Shown here: positions 47,869 to 56,866 of the stretch, in pieces
Numbering within the stretch: the stretch's first letter is position 1
How the letters are laid out: the number at the start of each line of letters is the position of its first letter
DNA from: an uncultured delta proteobacterium
Lineage (GTDB): Bacteria; Desulfobacterota; Desulfuromonadia; Desulfuromonadales; JACZKF01
Direction of reading: 5' to 3'
Length of the DNA: 64,000 nt
NCBI GenBank assembly: GCA_963816395.1
Contig: CAWFKQ010000009.1
Coordinates: forward strand, 304,780 to 368,779
Position numbers and translations under genes: made by a program
The notes under the pieces: model-generated
What the model saw: only the letters and a program-made list of their open reading frames with translations
Told to the model about the DNA's origin: nothing
The model's database searches: none

Positions 47869-47957
47869 GTGTTTATTTTAGTACATTGGCGGCGATCTAT
47901 CATTCGGTTTTCCGCGCCCTCTGTGGCTGTTTCCAGATTTTGGCAATATCTTGCTGT

Positions 47958-48446
47958 TTACGGCACCGAGATCACCGAATACCCCTGCGCCTGATACCCC
48001 GAGACGGAAACGAACCCGTTGGGCACCTTTTCGATTTCCGGCATGAGGGTGTCCGGATCGACGCCCAGGACCTTCACCGCGTACATGCAGACCTCCATTC
48101 TGACCCCGTCCTTCTTGAACTGGCGGATCATTTCGGCCACCTTTTCATTCCGGTTGGCGGTGGAGAGGAGCTTGACGGCCCCGGAGCGAAAGACGATGAC
48201 CGTGGCGGGGGGAGTCGCGAGAGAGGTCACGCTCTTTTCCTGGTACACGTCTCGGATGGCTTGAAATACGACGACCGCCTTGTCCGGCGATCCCTGTCCG
48301 TAATCGAATACCGTCTTCAGCCCCTTGACCCCGTCCAGCGCCGCGTATTCCCCCGCCGTCGCCGTGACGGCGCCGGAGACGAGCAGGGTGAAGGTTAGAG
48401 ACAGAACGGCAAGAAGACGCACGATCCGATTGCCTGAATCACTCAT
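47958..48446 (-). CDS. exported DsrE-family protein
   Basis: Signal peptide; KTVFD, VFRSGAV, MEVC, VPNGFVSVSGYQAQGY. Confidence 0.8.
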   Translation of the reverse strand: MSDSGNRIVRLLAVLSLTFTLLVSGAVTATAGEYAALDGVKGLKTVFDYGQGSPDKAVVVFQAIRDVYQEKSVTSLATPPATVIVFRSGAVKLLSTANRNEKVAEMIRQFKKDGVRMEVCMYAVKVLGVDPDTLMPEIEKVPNGFVSVSGYQAQGYSVISVP

Positions 48447-48698
48447 GGCTTTTCTCCCCGGCGAACGCCCCGGCCGAAAGAGCCGGGGTCCTGCGGCCAG
48501 GATGCGCCGCTTCTCCCCCTACACTACTGCGGAAGAGGTCAATGGCAAGGAGGTGAAGGGGGGACGGAGAAAAGGAAGGCGGAGGAGAGGCGACGACGCG
48601 ACCCTAAAGCAAAGGAATCGGTTTAGCCTTAAAACGGCAATTAGCCACGGTCATTCCCCGGCTCCGGAGCGGCGGGGGTTAGGTCGCAGGTTCCCGTT

Positions 48699-49154
48699 TC
48701 AGATGCTCCGTTCCAGGTTTATGACTGTTTTTGAGGGTTTGAACTTTTCAGCATCGAAGTAGTTCATCATTTGATGATTATTTTTGTCTACAAGTGTATT
48801 GATTTTTTTCACGTCAAGTTGTCTGAGGTGAAATATGAATTGATCCATCAATTTATCACCAATACCTTGGCGTTGATAGGCTGGATCGACCCCGATTGAA
48901 TCTATTGCCGCTCCTTCATTTGATAGGCCGAATTCTCCTATGTATAGCTTACCCATTATAAAACCAATTACTTTCCCGTTTTCATCCTCGGCAACAAAAG
49001 ATGTCGGTATATACTCACCCGATTTAAAAAGAAGTTCGAATTTTTCTTCAAAATAGCCCAACCTGGAAACATTCACCAGCTTTTGGTCAATTTCAGCCAC
49101 AGCGCCCAAGTCAGCTGACTCCATGAGTCTGATCTTGATACCCTTTTTCATCAT
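48699..49154 (-). CDS. GNAT-family N-acetyltransferase (AT-rich)
   Basis: SFVAE, IGVDPAYQRQGIG. Confidence 0.88.
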   Translation of the reverse strand: MMKKGIKIRLMESADLGAVAEIDQKLVNVSRLGYFEEKFELLFKSGEYIPTSFVAEDENGKVIGFIMGKLYIGEFGLSNEGAAIDSIGVDPAYQRQGIGDKLMDQFIFHLRQLDVKKINTLVDKNNHQMMNYFDAEKFKPSKTVINLERSI

Positions 49155-49265
49155 GCTGCCTCCTTTCTTATAAGTAGAAGTTTCTATTAAAAGGCTCGGC
49201 TCACCAACAGCCGCCACCATCGACTTGCCACGTCCGATCACACGTCGCCGAGAGTCCGGCACAGG

Positions 49266-49330
49266 AAAAGGGGACAGATCAAGGGACAGATCAATTTTAC
49301 AGGGGTTTTAAAAAAAATCTTTCCCCTTTT
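49266..49330. repeat. 65-bp miniature element with GGGGACAGAT-type inverted ends
   Basis: AAAAGGGGACAGAT (49266-49279) vs ATCTTTCCCCTTTT (49317-49330), 13/14 complementary; internal duplicate GGGACAGATCAA. Confidence 0.65.
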
Positions 49331-49516
49331 CACGTTCTGAGGGCACGGCGAGGGGTGAGGAGGAGGCGGGGAGGGTTGGGCAGAAGGAAATCCCATCTTT
49401 CAGTTGCCCAGTTAGAATCGGATTCGGTGTCCAAATAGAATGCGCTAAGTGGCAAGAATTGAAACTTCTTTGTTTATGGGCCCCCGTCACTCACGAAAAC
49501 GGGAATCGACCCGGCT

Positions 49517-50686
49517 CTACCTGCCTGGCAGCTCCGTGCCACGGCTCATGATTTCGATATAGCCCGCGTAGCTGAACAGTCGGTTGCGCTTCTGAGCGGT
49601 CAGCTCCTTCACGATGCCGAGCTGCTCCAAGTGGCCGAGCGCCTTGTTGACCGTCGCTGAGGTGATGCCGGTCTTCTCTACCAGCGAGCCCGAGGTGGCG
49701 ATGGGATGCTCCATCAGCGCCCGTTGAACTTGCAGGGTGGACGCCGCCGCCCGGCCCAGACCGCTGATCTTGTCCCGGTCCTGGTTGGACAGGTCGAGGA
49801 GCTGCTGGGCGGTTTCCACCGCCTGGGTGGCGGTGACGATGACCGCCTCGGCGAAGAAGTCGAGCCAGGCTTCCCAGTCGCCGGTCAGTCGCACGTTGTT
49901 GAGCAGCTCGTAATAATACTGGCGGTGCGTCTTGAAGTAGAGGCTGAGGTAGAGCATCGGCTCTCGCAGCACCTTCTGCTCGCACAACAGCAGCGTGATC
50001 AGCAGACGCCCCAGACGGCCGTTACCGTCCAGGAAGGGGTGGATCGTCTCAAACTGCACATGGGCCAGCGCCGCCTTGAGCAGCACCGGGGTCGGCTCCG
50101 GATGGTCATGGAGGAAGAGCTCCAGCTTGCTCATGTACTCCGGCACCTCTTCGGCCGGAGGCGGCACGAAGGCCGCGTTGCCCGGCCGGGTGCCGCCGAT
50201 CCAGTTCTGACTGCGCCGGAACTCGCCCGGGGTCTGATTGCCGCCCCGGCCCTTGGTCAGAAGCACGCCGTGGATCTCCCGGAACAGCCGCAGCGACAGC
50301 GGCAGCCCTTCTTCCAGCAGGCGCAGACCATGATCGAGGGCGGCGACATAGTTGCTGACCTCCCGCACGTCATCCAGCGGGACACCCGGCTCCTGATCCA
50401 GCTCGAACAGCAGCAGGTCCGACAGCGAGGACTGGGTCCCCTCGATCATGGAGGAGAGCACCGCTTCCTTGCGGACGTACATGTAGAGAAACAGCGAGGT
50501 GTCCGGCAGCAGAGTCGAGACGCTGTCCAGCCGGCCGAGCGCCAGCAGCGCCTGGTCGAACTTGCTGCGCAGCTCCGGCGTCCAGTCGATGGGCGGACGC
50601 GGCGGCAGCGGCGCGGGCACGAAGGCCTGGGCTTTCTCACCCACCGTCGATATGGTCACGTACCTGCCCTGGAGCTCTCGCTTCAT
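49517..50686 (-). CDS. Fic-family protein with C-terminal HTH
   Basis: SSMIEGT inhibitory motif and HPFLDGNGRLGR. Confidence 0.93.
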   Translation of the reverse strand: MKRELQGRYVTISTVGEKAQAFVPAPLPPRPPIDWTPELRSKFDQALLALGRLDSVSTLLPDTSLFLYMYVRKEAVLSSMIEGTQSSLSDLLLFELDQEPGVPLDDVREVSNYVAALDHGLRLLEEGLPLSLRLFREIHGVLLTKGRGGNQTPGEFRRSQNWIGGTRPGNAAFVPPPAEEVPEYMSKLELFLHDHPEPTPVLLKAALAHVQFETIHPFLDGNGRLGRLLITLLLCEQKVLREPMLYLSLYFKTHRQYYYELLNNVRLTGDWEAWLDFFAEAVIVTATQAVETAQQLLDLSNQDRDKISGLGRAAASTLQVQRALMEHPIATSGSLVEKTGITSATVNKALGHLEQLGIVKELTAQKRNRLFSYAGYIEIMSRGTELPGR

Positions 50687-50700
50687 CCTGCCTGCCTCCA

Positions 50701-50754
50701 CCTAAAATAAGATTCGTCTTTATTTTATCTTTACTGCACATCCTAAAATAAAGA
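50701..50754 (-). promoter_or_regulatory. candidate autoregulatory operator of the fic gene
   Basis: Three copies of TAAAATAA(A)GA: two direct (50703, 50744) and one inverted (50717-50727). Confidence 0.5.
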
Positions 50755-51012
50755 GTCGGGAAGAAAAGATCAAGTGGATTTCCCGATTGGCCGGGCCGGT
50801 TGCAGATCCTGTCCTCGGGGGGATGATCGAGAGGCCGGCCGGGGAGAGGAGTCGCCGGGGTTGATGCGACGGCGCGATGTAGAGCAAAGAATCTGGTTTA
50901 TGGATTTCGTTGCGATCGTTGCGGCGTCGCGTGAGAAATAAGTGTCTCATGCAGGTGATCACAGCCGCGCTCCCGCCGATGCCAAGTCCCCCGCCTTCGA
51001 CAGAAAGGGGCC

Positions 51013-51053
51013 TTGCTAGTTACGAATACATGAGCTATATTTAGCACTAAATA
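51013..51053 (+). promoter_or_regulatory. sigma-70 promoter with overlapping operator for the TA pair
   Basis: TTGCTA-17-TATATT; palindrome TATTTAG-CA-CTAAATA (51038-51053). Confidence 0.6.
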
Positions 51054-51077
51054 CAGTCCCTAAAAGAGGTCTTAAAA

Positions 51078-51323
51078 ATGGAACGTCTTTATGCCCGCGC
51101 CTCCGTCAGCATCAGCGACCTGAAGAAAAACCCTTCTCGAATCATCCATGAAGCCGAGGGGACCCCGGTCGCGATCCTGAACCACAACAAACCCAGCGCC
51201 TATCTCGTCCCCGCCGCGGCCTTCGAGGCCCTCATGGAAAAGCTCGAAGACTATGAGCTCTCCCGCGTCGTCAAAGAGCGGGAGAGTGAACCGTCTGTTC
51301 CGGTTTCCCTCGATGAGCTATAG
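51078..51323 (+). CDS. Phd/YefM (StbD-like) antitoxin
   Basis: SISDLKKNP...PVAILNHNKPSAYLVP...VSLDEL. Confidence 0.9.
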   Translation: MERLYARASVSISDLKKNPSRIIHEAEGTPVAILNHNKPSAYLVPAAAFEALMEKLEDYELSRVVKERESEPSVPVSLDEL

Positions 51324-51603
51324 TCTCGAATTCAAGGAATCCGCTCTGAAGGAGTGGAAGAAGCTGGACGGGATGATCCGTGAACAGTTCAAGAAGAAGC
51401 TTGCCGAGCGCCTGGTCCGACCGCGTGTCGACTCGGCCCGGCTCAAGGGAATGGCCGACTGCTACAAGATCAAGCTGAAAAATGCCGGCTATCGGCTGGT
51501 CTATCAGGTGGATGACAGCCGGGTGGTGGTCATCGTCGTGGCGGTGGGGAAGCGGGAGAATCTGACGGTGTACAAGGTGGCGGGTAAGCGGGTGAAGGAG
51601 TGA
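51313..51603 (+). CDS. relE: RelE/StbE-family toxin
   Basis: ALKEWKKLD...QFKKKLAERL...CYKIKL..AGYRLVYQV...VAVGKRE. Confidence 0.92.
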   Translation: MSYSLEFKESALKEWKKLDGMIREQFKKKLAERLVRPRVDSARLKGMADCYKIKLKNAGYRLVYQVDDSRVVVIVVAVGKRENLTVYKVAGKRVKE

Positions 51604-51714
51604 ACCATGATGGTGATCTCCGGGCGCTGGGGGCGGCGGTGGGCGACGACGGACCAGAAGCTGGAGAAGCGGAAGGCGAGCTCGCCGGTGATCGGCATGA
51701 CCTCCCGGGTGAGG

Positions 51715-51832
51715 GCGCCTTCTCGGGCATGATCCAGCGCACGCCGCCGCGCGGGTCGGCGGTGTCGCCGGCGTAGCGCGGGATCAGGTGAATGTGCAGG
51801 TGCAGCACCGTCTGTCCGGCATCTTCGTTATG
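51715..51832 (-). pseudogene. C-terminal fragment of a HIT-family protein
   Basis: AGQTVLHLHIHLIPRY...DPRGGVRWIMPEKA with no N-terminal half. Confidence 0.75.
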
Positions 51833-51839
51833 CCACGGC

Positions 51840-52667
51840 TCAACGCCAGGTGATGTCGGGGGCTTTGCGCTCGGGAAGACGCTGATAACGATACCGCGGA
51901 TAGCCAACCATCATCGCCCCGTAAGATTGGTGTCCCTCCGGCAGGCCGAGGGCCGCCATCATCGGCGGAAATAAGCTGGCGGCGGCGTTGAAGTAACCGG
52001 CCCAGCACGTCCCCAGGGACATGCCGGTGGCAGCCAGATCCAGATAGGACAGCGCGATGGTGCAGGTCGACTGCGCCATGCGGTCGGTTTTGGCACCATA
52101 AGCGACGATCAGCGCCGGAGCGCCGCGCAGCACCACGTCCTCGCCCCCCTCGATCCGCTCCAGGGCACGATCGATATGCAGCGACAGAGACACCTCCGCC
52201 ATATTCTTCAGCATCCAGCGCATCCAGTCGGCCACGAGGCCGCGCAGCCGGTTCAATTCCTCACGCTGGTCCAACACCAGCCACCTCGCCCCCTGGCTGT
52301 TGTGGCCGGAGGGCGCGTAGCGGGCCACTTCAATCAGCTTCTGCAGGGTTTCCCGGGGCACCGGTTGATCGCGGTAGTTGCGGATGGAGCGGCGGCTGCG
52401 TAAAAACTGCCGGCTCTGCTCTTCGGAAAGCATCAGCTCTCTGCGGATCGGCGGACACGCAGCCAGCGGCAGATCGGTATGCCGCAAGCTGCCCGTCGGG
52501 CAGACCGCCACGCAGTGGCCGCAGCGAATGCAGAGATCCCCCGCCTCGGGAATCGGGGTCGGATAGTCCCCTTTACTGAAGGCGATGATCTTCATGGGGC
52601 AGACGGCGCTGCAGAGGCCGTCCTGGTTGCAGGTGTGCTGTTGAACTGCGATCAGGGTCATGGACAA
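51840..52667 (-). CDS. 4Fe-4S-domain nitroreductase
   Basis: CNQDGLCSAVCP, CIRCGHCVAVCP, RRSIRNY, APSGHNSQ, GTCWAG. Confidence 0.92.
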   Translation of the reverse strand: MSMTLIAVQQHTCNQDGLCSAVCPMKIIAFSKGDYPTPIPEAGDLCIRCGHCVAVCPTGSLRHTDLPLAACPPIRRELMLSEEQSRQFLRSRRSIRNYRDQPVPRETLQKLIEVARYAPSGHNSQGARWLVLDQREELNRLRGLVADWMRWMLKNMAEVSLSLHIDRALERIEGGEDVVLRGAPALIVAYGAKTDRMAQSTCTIALSYLDLAATGMSLGTCWAGYFNAAASLFPPMMAALGLPEGHQSYGAMMVGYPRYRYQRLPERKAPDITWR

Positions 52668-52712
52668 ACTCCTTTGGCGCGTGCGGCTCGGCGGCTGAAT
52701 GCGAAACCGGGA

Positions 52713-53336
52713 CTACCCTGCATCGAGGGCGAATTTTTCCAGAAAATTCGGAACGGATTTTTTGGCGACTTTCGCCAGCCTGAGCATCAGAGCAAAGGGG
52801 ACATTGCGGATCCTGTACGTCCCCTTGAGGTCACCGATCATATTGACCCAGAGGTGGCCCGTCATTTCCGCATCGGCAAGGGCGCGGTGAAAGACTCCCG
52901 CACTCTTGAGTTTTTTATGGAGGACGAGCGATTCCAGTCGGTGATTCGGCGCCTCGGGGTAGATGCGCCTGGAGATCAGCATGGAGCAGGCAAAATCGCG
53001 CACTCTGCGCTTGCGGACGCGGTGCAGTTCAGCGTCCAGGAACCGCCGGTCGAAACTGGCGTTGTGGGCAACCAGGTGATGATCCCCCAGGAAGGAGGCA
53101 AATTCCTTCATGACCTCGGAGACGGGGGGAGCGTCCTTCAGCATGTCATTGGTGATGCCCGTATAGTTTTCGATGAAACTGTTGATTTTCCTGCCCGGAT
53201 TCATCAGGCTCTGAAATCGATCCGTGATTCGATTGTTCTCGACCAGAACCGCTCCCACCTCGATCACCCGGTCGCCATGATCGGGTGACAGGCCGGTGGT
53301 CTCGAAGTCGAGGACGACGACGGAGTAGTTGCCCAT
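52713..53336 (-). CDS. DEDDh 3'-5' exonuclease (DnaQ-like)
   Basis: LDFETTG, AHNASFD, HRALADA. Confidence 0.92.
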   Translation of the reverse strand: MGNYSVVVLDFETTGLSPDHGDRVIEVGAVLVENNRITDRFQSLMNPGRKINSFIENYTGITNDMLKDAPPVSEVMKEFASFLGDHHLVAHNASFDRRFLDAELHRVRKRRVRDFACSMLISRRIYPEAPNHRLESLVLHKKLKSAGVFHRALADAEMTGHLWVNMIGDLKGTYRIRNVPFALMLRLAKVAKKSVPNFLEKFALDAG

Positions 53337-53386
53337 TGCAAAATCCCTCTTTCATCAAAAATCGCAACTGCCTCTGAGGAATCGCC

Positions 53387-53460
53387 AGCTTCCGAGCGCC
53401 TGGTCCGACCGTGCGTCGAATCGGCTCGGCTCAGAGGAATGACCGGCTGCTATAGGATCA
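53387..53460 (+). pseudogene. relE fragment (middle part)
   Basis: Aligns by eye with 51398-51472. Confidence 0.8.
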
Positions 53461-53468
53461 GTTGGGGG

Positions 53469-53552
53469 TTATTTCCAGATTTCCTCGTCGACCTTCTCGA
53501 AGACCCGCTTGAAGGCAACATAAATGGTGGTATCGATCAGGATGTTCTTCAT
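53469..53552 (-). pseudogene. chimeric 27-codon remnant: PIN toxin start joined to an antitoxin-like end
   Basis: MKNILIDTTIYVAFKR-VFEKVDEEIWK*. Confidence 0.55.
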
Positions 53553-53691
53553 CTACTTCCCCCACCTGCCAGACGTATGATCTCATAAAATGCCAGCGAT
53601 TTGAAATCAGTAATGCCAGCAAAACATACCGGTCCATTGACGTGGGCGACGCGAAGCCGGAGGACGATGATGCAAATGACGGGGGCATGCT

Positions 53692-54096
53692 TTATAGCTC
53701 CAGCCCCTGCTCCGCACACCACTGACGCAGCAGGGCCTCGATCTGCTGCCCCTCGAAAACCTGCCAGCTCTCCAGCATCTGCTCGCGGCGCAGCAGATCT
53801 TTGACGTTGCGAAACGCCCCCGACCGGGCAAAGAGCGCCTCGATCCGCCCCAGCAGCGCCGGGCAGTGGCTGCGGACGAAGGTCAGCAGCAGCGGCTTGC
53901 CCGGGTCGAGCTGCTGCCGGGTAGGGATCGTCACGTAATCGGGGTCGTTTTCCGTTCCGGGCGGCCGCTCGTCGAAACCGGCCTTGACCGAGGCGAGAAA
54001 AACCTTGCCGGTGCTCCGCTGTACGACGGCGCTGCGTTCGCCGGGCGGCGCGTTGCTGACGTAATGGAAGGCGTCGTCGATGGTGTCGAAGGGCAT
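53692..54096 (-). CDS. UPF0158-like protein
   Basis: TGKV..., YVTIP, GAFRNVKDLL...W..F...LRQWCAEQG. Confidence 0.7.
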   Translation of the reverse strand: MPFDTIDDAFHYVSNAPPGERSAVVQRSTGKVFLASVKAGFDERPPGTENDPDYVTIPTRQQLDPGKPLLLTFVRSHCPALLGRIEALFARSGAFRNVKDLLRREQMLESWQVFEGQQIEALLRQWCAEQGLEL

Positions 54097-54279
54097 GGGG
54101 GCTCCGTTGGGGGGGCAGCTTGCGCGATTGTTACCGGGGGAGAATCTAGCACGGATCGGCCGGAGAAAACAGCCGACGGTCGGCGCAGCGCACCCTCTAT
54201 CCCAAGTCTGCAATCAGCCTGGCAAAGGGGGCTCGAGGTCAGGATGCCCCCTTGGGACCCCTTGAACGGCGATCTTAGC

Positions 54280-54338
54280 TTGACAGAAAATTATTTAAAT
54301 TGTATGTAAAAATACAAACTCTTGTATTTATTCATACA
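54280..54338 (+). promoter_or_regulatory. promoter and long palindromic operator upstream of the nucleotidyltransferase pair
   Basis: TTGACA at 54280; 17-bp arms TGTATGTAAAAATACAA / TTGTATTTATTCATACA (15/17 complementary). Confidence 0.6.
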
Positions 54339-54946
54339 TGGAATTGTATTTTATGGTACAAACTGAACACAGGCTGGGCAGAGATGAACTCCTCGACAAC
54401 CTGCGGGCATGGAATCGCTTCTTGCGACGGAAGGTCCGCATGATCGCCTGTGGTGGCACAGCCATGACATTGCTGGGGGTAAAGGCGTCAACCAAAGATG
54501 TCGATTTCATGATACCCGACATCAGGGAATACAACTACCTGACGAAACAACTACCAGCAATGGGTTACACGCAAACAAATGGCCCGGGATGGCAGCGAAG
54601 GGGAGAAGTTTTCCGTTTCGATATATTCCGGGGAAACAACATCCATACGACCGGCCTCCTGCAATCGCCTTTGGAAGATGGCCGAAACCGTCTGCTGGTT
54701 GAATTCTCGCATCTTTACATCGGAATCCTGAACGATTACGACCTGATCGCCAGCAAGCTGATGCGCGGCACCAGGGTTGACTTTGAAGACTGTTTGACAC
54801 TGGCAACAGCACATCAAGACGAACTCGATACCGAGCGACTTGTTGCCCACTTTCACGAGATGGTGGCCTTTGATGTCGCCGAAGGGCGATTGAGATCCCA
54901 TATGGACCACTTCCTGGAACTACTGAGAGGGGCTGAAAATGGCTGA
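54338..54946 (+). CDS. DUF6036/AbiEii-like nucleotidyltransferase
   Basis: CGGTAM...TKDVDF, SKL..G...DFED. Confidence 0.78.
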   Translation: MELYFMVQTEHRLGRDELLDNLRAWNRFLRRKVRMIACGGTAMTLLGVKASTKDVDFMIPDIREYNYLTKQLPAMGYTQTNGPGWQRRGEVFRFDIFRGNNIHTTGLLQSPLEDGRNRLLVEFSHLYIGILNDYDLIASKLMRGTRVDFEDCLTLATAHQDELDTERLVAHFHEMVAFDVAEGRLRSHMDHFLELLRGAENG

Positions 54947-55610
54947 TGACAAATTCCTCAAAAGTCTATCCAAGCTTGGCTTTCCGATGTTCGAGCCAAG
55001 TGAAGAATTGGATGTGAACGAGACTTTGGCAGAAGTGGTCAAGAGCGATGATGCCCGGCTTCTGGAAGGATTCCCTGTCCTGCTGGCCAATGCGGGCGAA
55101 AGTTACCAGTTTTCGTCTGATCTGGTTGAAAGGCTGCTCTCCACAGAGGACCTTCAGGAGCAATATCACCAGCTGTTGCTCCTCTCAGCCGCCGTCTATG
55201 ATTACTATCATTTATCCTTTTCATGGCTGAAGAAACTTAAAAAAGACTTTTCCGGGCAGGACAAAAACCGGGTGAAGAGCTGGCGCAACGCACTGGCTCA
55301 CAACCAGACCCCCAATTGGGTAGAAAACGAACTCGACCCGGAGAGAGTCAAAGGTCTGTTTGAATTATATTATGAGCAGAAGGCCGAAAAAGATCGAAAA
55401 CGCAAGGGCAGATACGATGAGCTCTCACTTGAGTACGCATTGTCTCAGGTATTCTCGCCGAAGCAGAGGGAGCTTTTTAAAAAGAAGCTTGAGGGCGATC
55501 CTCTGAACAAGACCGAGCAGGAATATTACTCACGGACAGTTAAAAAGAAAGTGGTTGCCCTGGCAAATTCGGAACTGCATAGCCTCGCCAGAAAATTGTT
55601 GGAGTTGTAG
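54939..55610 (+). CDS. hypothetical protein overlapping the nucleotidyltransferase gene
   Basis: Intact 223-aa ORF, 8-bp overlap; C-terminal FSPKQRELFKKKL...EQEYYSRTVKKK. Confidence 0.7.
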   Translation: MADDKFLKSLSKLGFPMFEPSEELDVNETLAEVVKSDDARLLEGFPVLLANAGESYQFSSDLVERLLSTEDLQEQYHQLLLLSAAVYDYYHLSFSWLKKLKKDFSGQDKNRVKSWRNALAHNQTPNWVENELDPERVKGLFELYYEQKAEKDRKRKGRYDELSLEYALSQVFSPKQRELFKKKLEGDPLNKTEQEYYSRTVKKKVVALANSELHSLARKLLEL

Positions 55611-55833
55611 CAATGTAGCACCCTCATTGCAGCCGACAAAGCAACCCAAAAAGCGATGATGGCGGTGCGAGTCGAGGTGGTGCGGCGACGGTTGGTGGAA
55701 GGGGTTAGCCAGGAAGGTGATCTTGCGGCCATCCTCGGGCGAGCAGCAGGGCGTCATTCACTGCCTCGGAAATCTGGGGAGCGCCCCTGGGTGTGTCCCT
55801 CTTTTCTTTTCCACGATCAACTCTTTCCCCTAA

Positions 55834-55858
55834 TAGAAAGATAGCAAGGAATGTCCCC
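55834..55858 (+). repeat. unoccupied copy of the IS110 target repeat
   Basis: TAGAAAGATAGCAAGGAA|TGTCCCC equals the IS left flank (60475-60492) joined to its right flank (62215-62221). Confidence 0.85.
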
Positions 55859-56017
55859 TTCCTCTCCACCGGCTGGTCTACCAGGTGGAGTACCGACTGG
55901 CGTCGGCGGCCCTGTTCCCAACTAGAAAGATGGGAAGGGATTTCTCCTCTCTATCCGGTCGGAGGTAGCCGGGCAGAGCTAGCAGAGTTGGATGCGCCGG
56001 AACTTCAATGCGTCGGA

Positions 56018-56338
56018 TTATGCTTCAGATTTCGGCTGCCGCTCATAGAACACCTTGCCAACTCGTGCGATATGCTCGCGCAGCTCTTCATTGTTGATCT
56101 GGTGAAAAATGGAGAGGTCTATCTGATAGGGCAACAGCAATTCGTCCAGCTCATCGCCGATGGAGCCGAGCTCCGCGGGGTTGAGATTTTCGCCAAGGAG
56201 AGTCAGGTCGATATCCGAGCCGGGCTTGAACGCCCCCTTGGCCCGCGAGCCGTAAAGAACCGCTTTTTCTACGGCTGGAAACCGGGCCAGTACCTCGCAT
56301 ATTTTGGCCACGGCAGCAGAAGGCAATCCATAGCTCAT
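56018..56338 (-). CDS. minimal nucleotidyltransferase (MNT) antitoxin
   Basis: LYGSRAKG...SDIDL...LPYQIDL. Confidence 0.9.
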   Translation of the reverse strand: MSYGLPSAAVAKICEVLARFPAVEKAVLYGSRAKGAFKPGSDIDLTLLGENLNPAELGSIGDELDELLLPYQIDLSIFHQINNEELREHIARVGKVFYERQPKSEA

Positions 56339-56760
56339 CCTTCGCCCTCCTTCATCTCCGGCAAGTGGGCAAAGCGCCGTTCCATGTCCTTGAATGCAGG
56401 ATAGAACCGCGTCAAAATGTCTTGGACAATGCTTGCCGCGACATCGGTGTTGTAGGTGTGGGAGGTGAGATTTCGGGCCTTGATCATGTCCATCCACGCT
56501 TCGCCATTCTCAATCAGGCCATTTCTGAAAGCCTCACGGGTCGCATTCTTGGAGCCGATGAGACCGACGAAACCCTGCTCCTCGAGGTAATCCTTCAGCA
56601 CATTCCAGGCGAGTTCATGGGTAAATTCGAACCCTTGAATCAAACCCTGCTGCTCGAGCTCCGACAATTCACGCTGCCTGGACAGATCGGCGGCCTTGTG
56701 GAGGGTTTTCAGCGCCTGCGTGAAATTGCTGAACCGTTGCTTCCAACGAACGTCATTCAT
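56335..56760 (-). CDS. HEPN toxin (HI0074 / nucleotidyltransferase substrate-binding family)
   Basis: RWKQRF, GLIQGFEFTHELAW, R-X4-H motif RNLTSH. Confidence 0.9.
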   Translation of the reverse strand: MNDVRWKQRFSNFTQALKTLHKAADLSRQRELSELEQQGLIQGFEFTHELAWNVLKDYLEEQGFVGLIGSKNATREAFRNGLIENGEAWMDMIKARNLTSHTYNTDVAASIVQDILTRFYPAFKDMERRFAHLPEMKEGEG

Positions 56761-56866
56761 TGCTTATCCCTCGGTTTACGACTTCCGGAGAATTGGAGAA
56801 TTCCGATAGAGAATATCACTGGTGTTCAATGAATCGAAGGGAAAATTCCAAAGGGGGTGGAATGTG

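Noticed and set aside
55640..55770. Possible C-terminal HTH scrap of a RAYT-like transposase (RVEVVRRRLVEGVSQ..LAAILGR) before GTGTCCCC
   Set aside because: The resemblance is too weak to call by eye and no HUH motif is present; a tblastn could test it.
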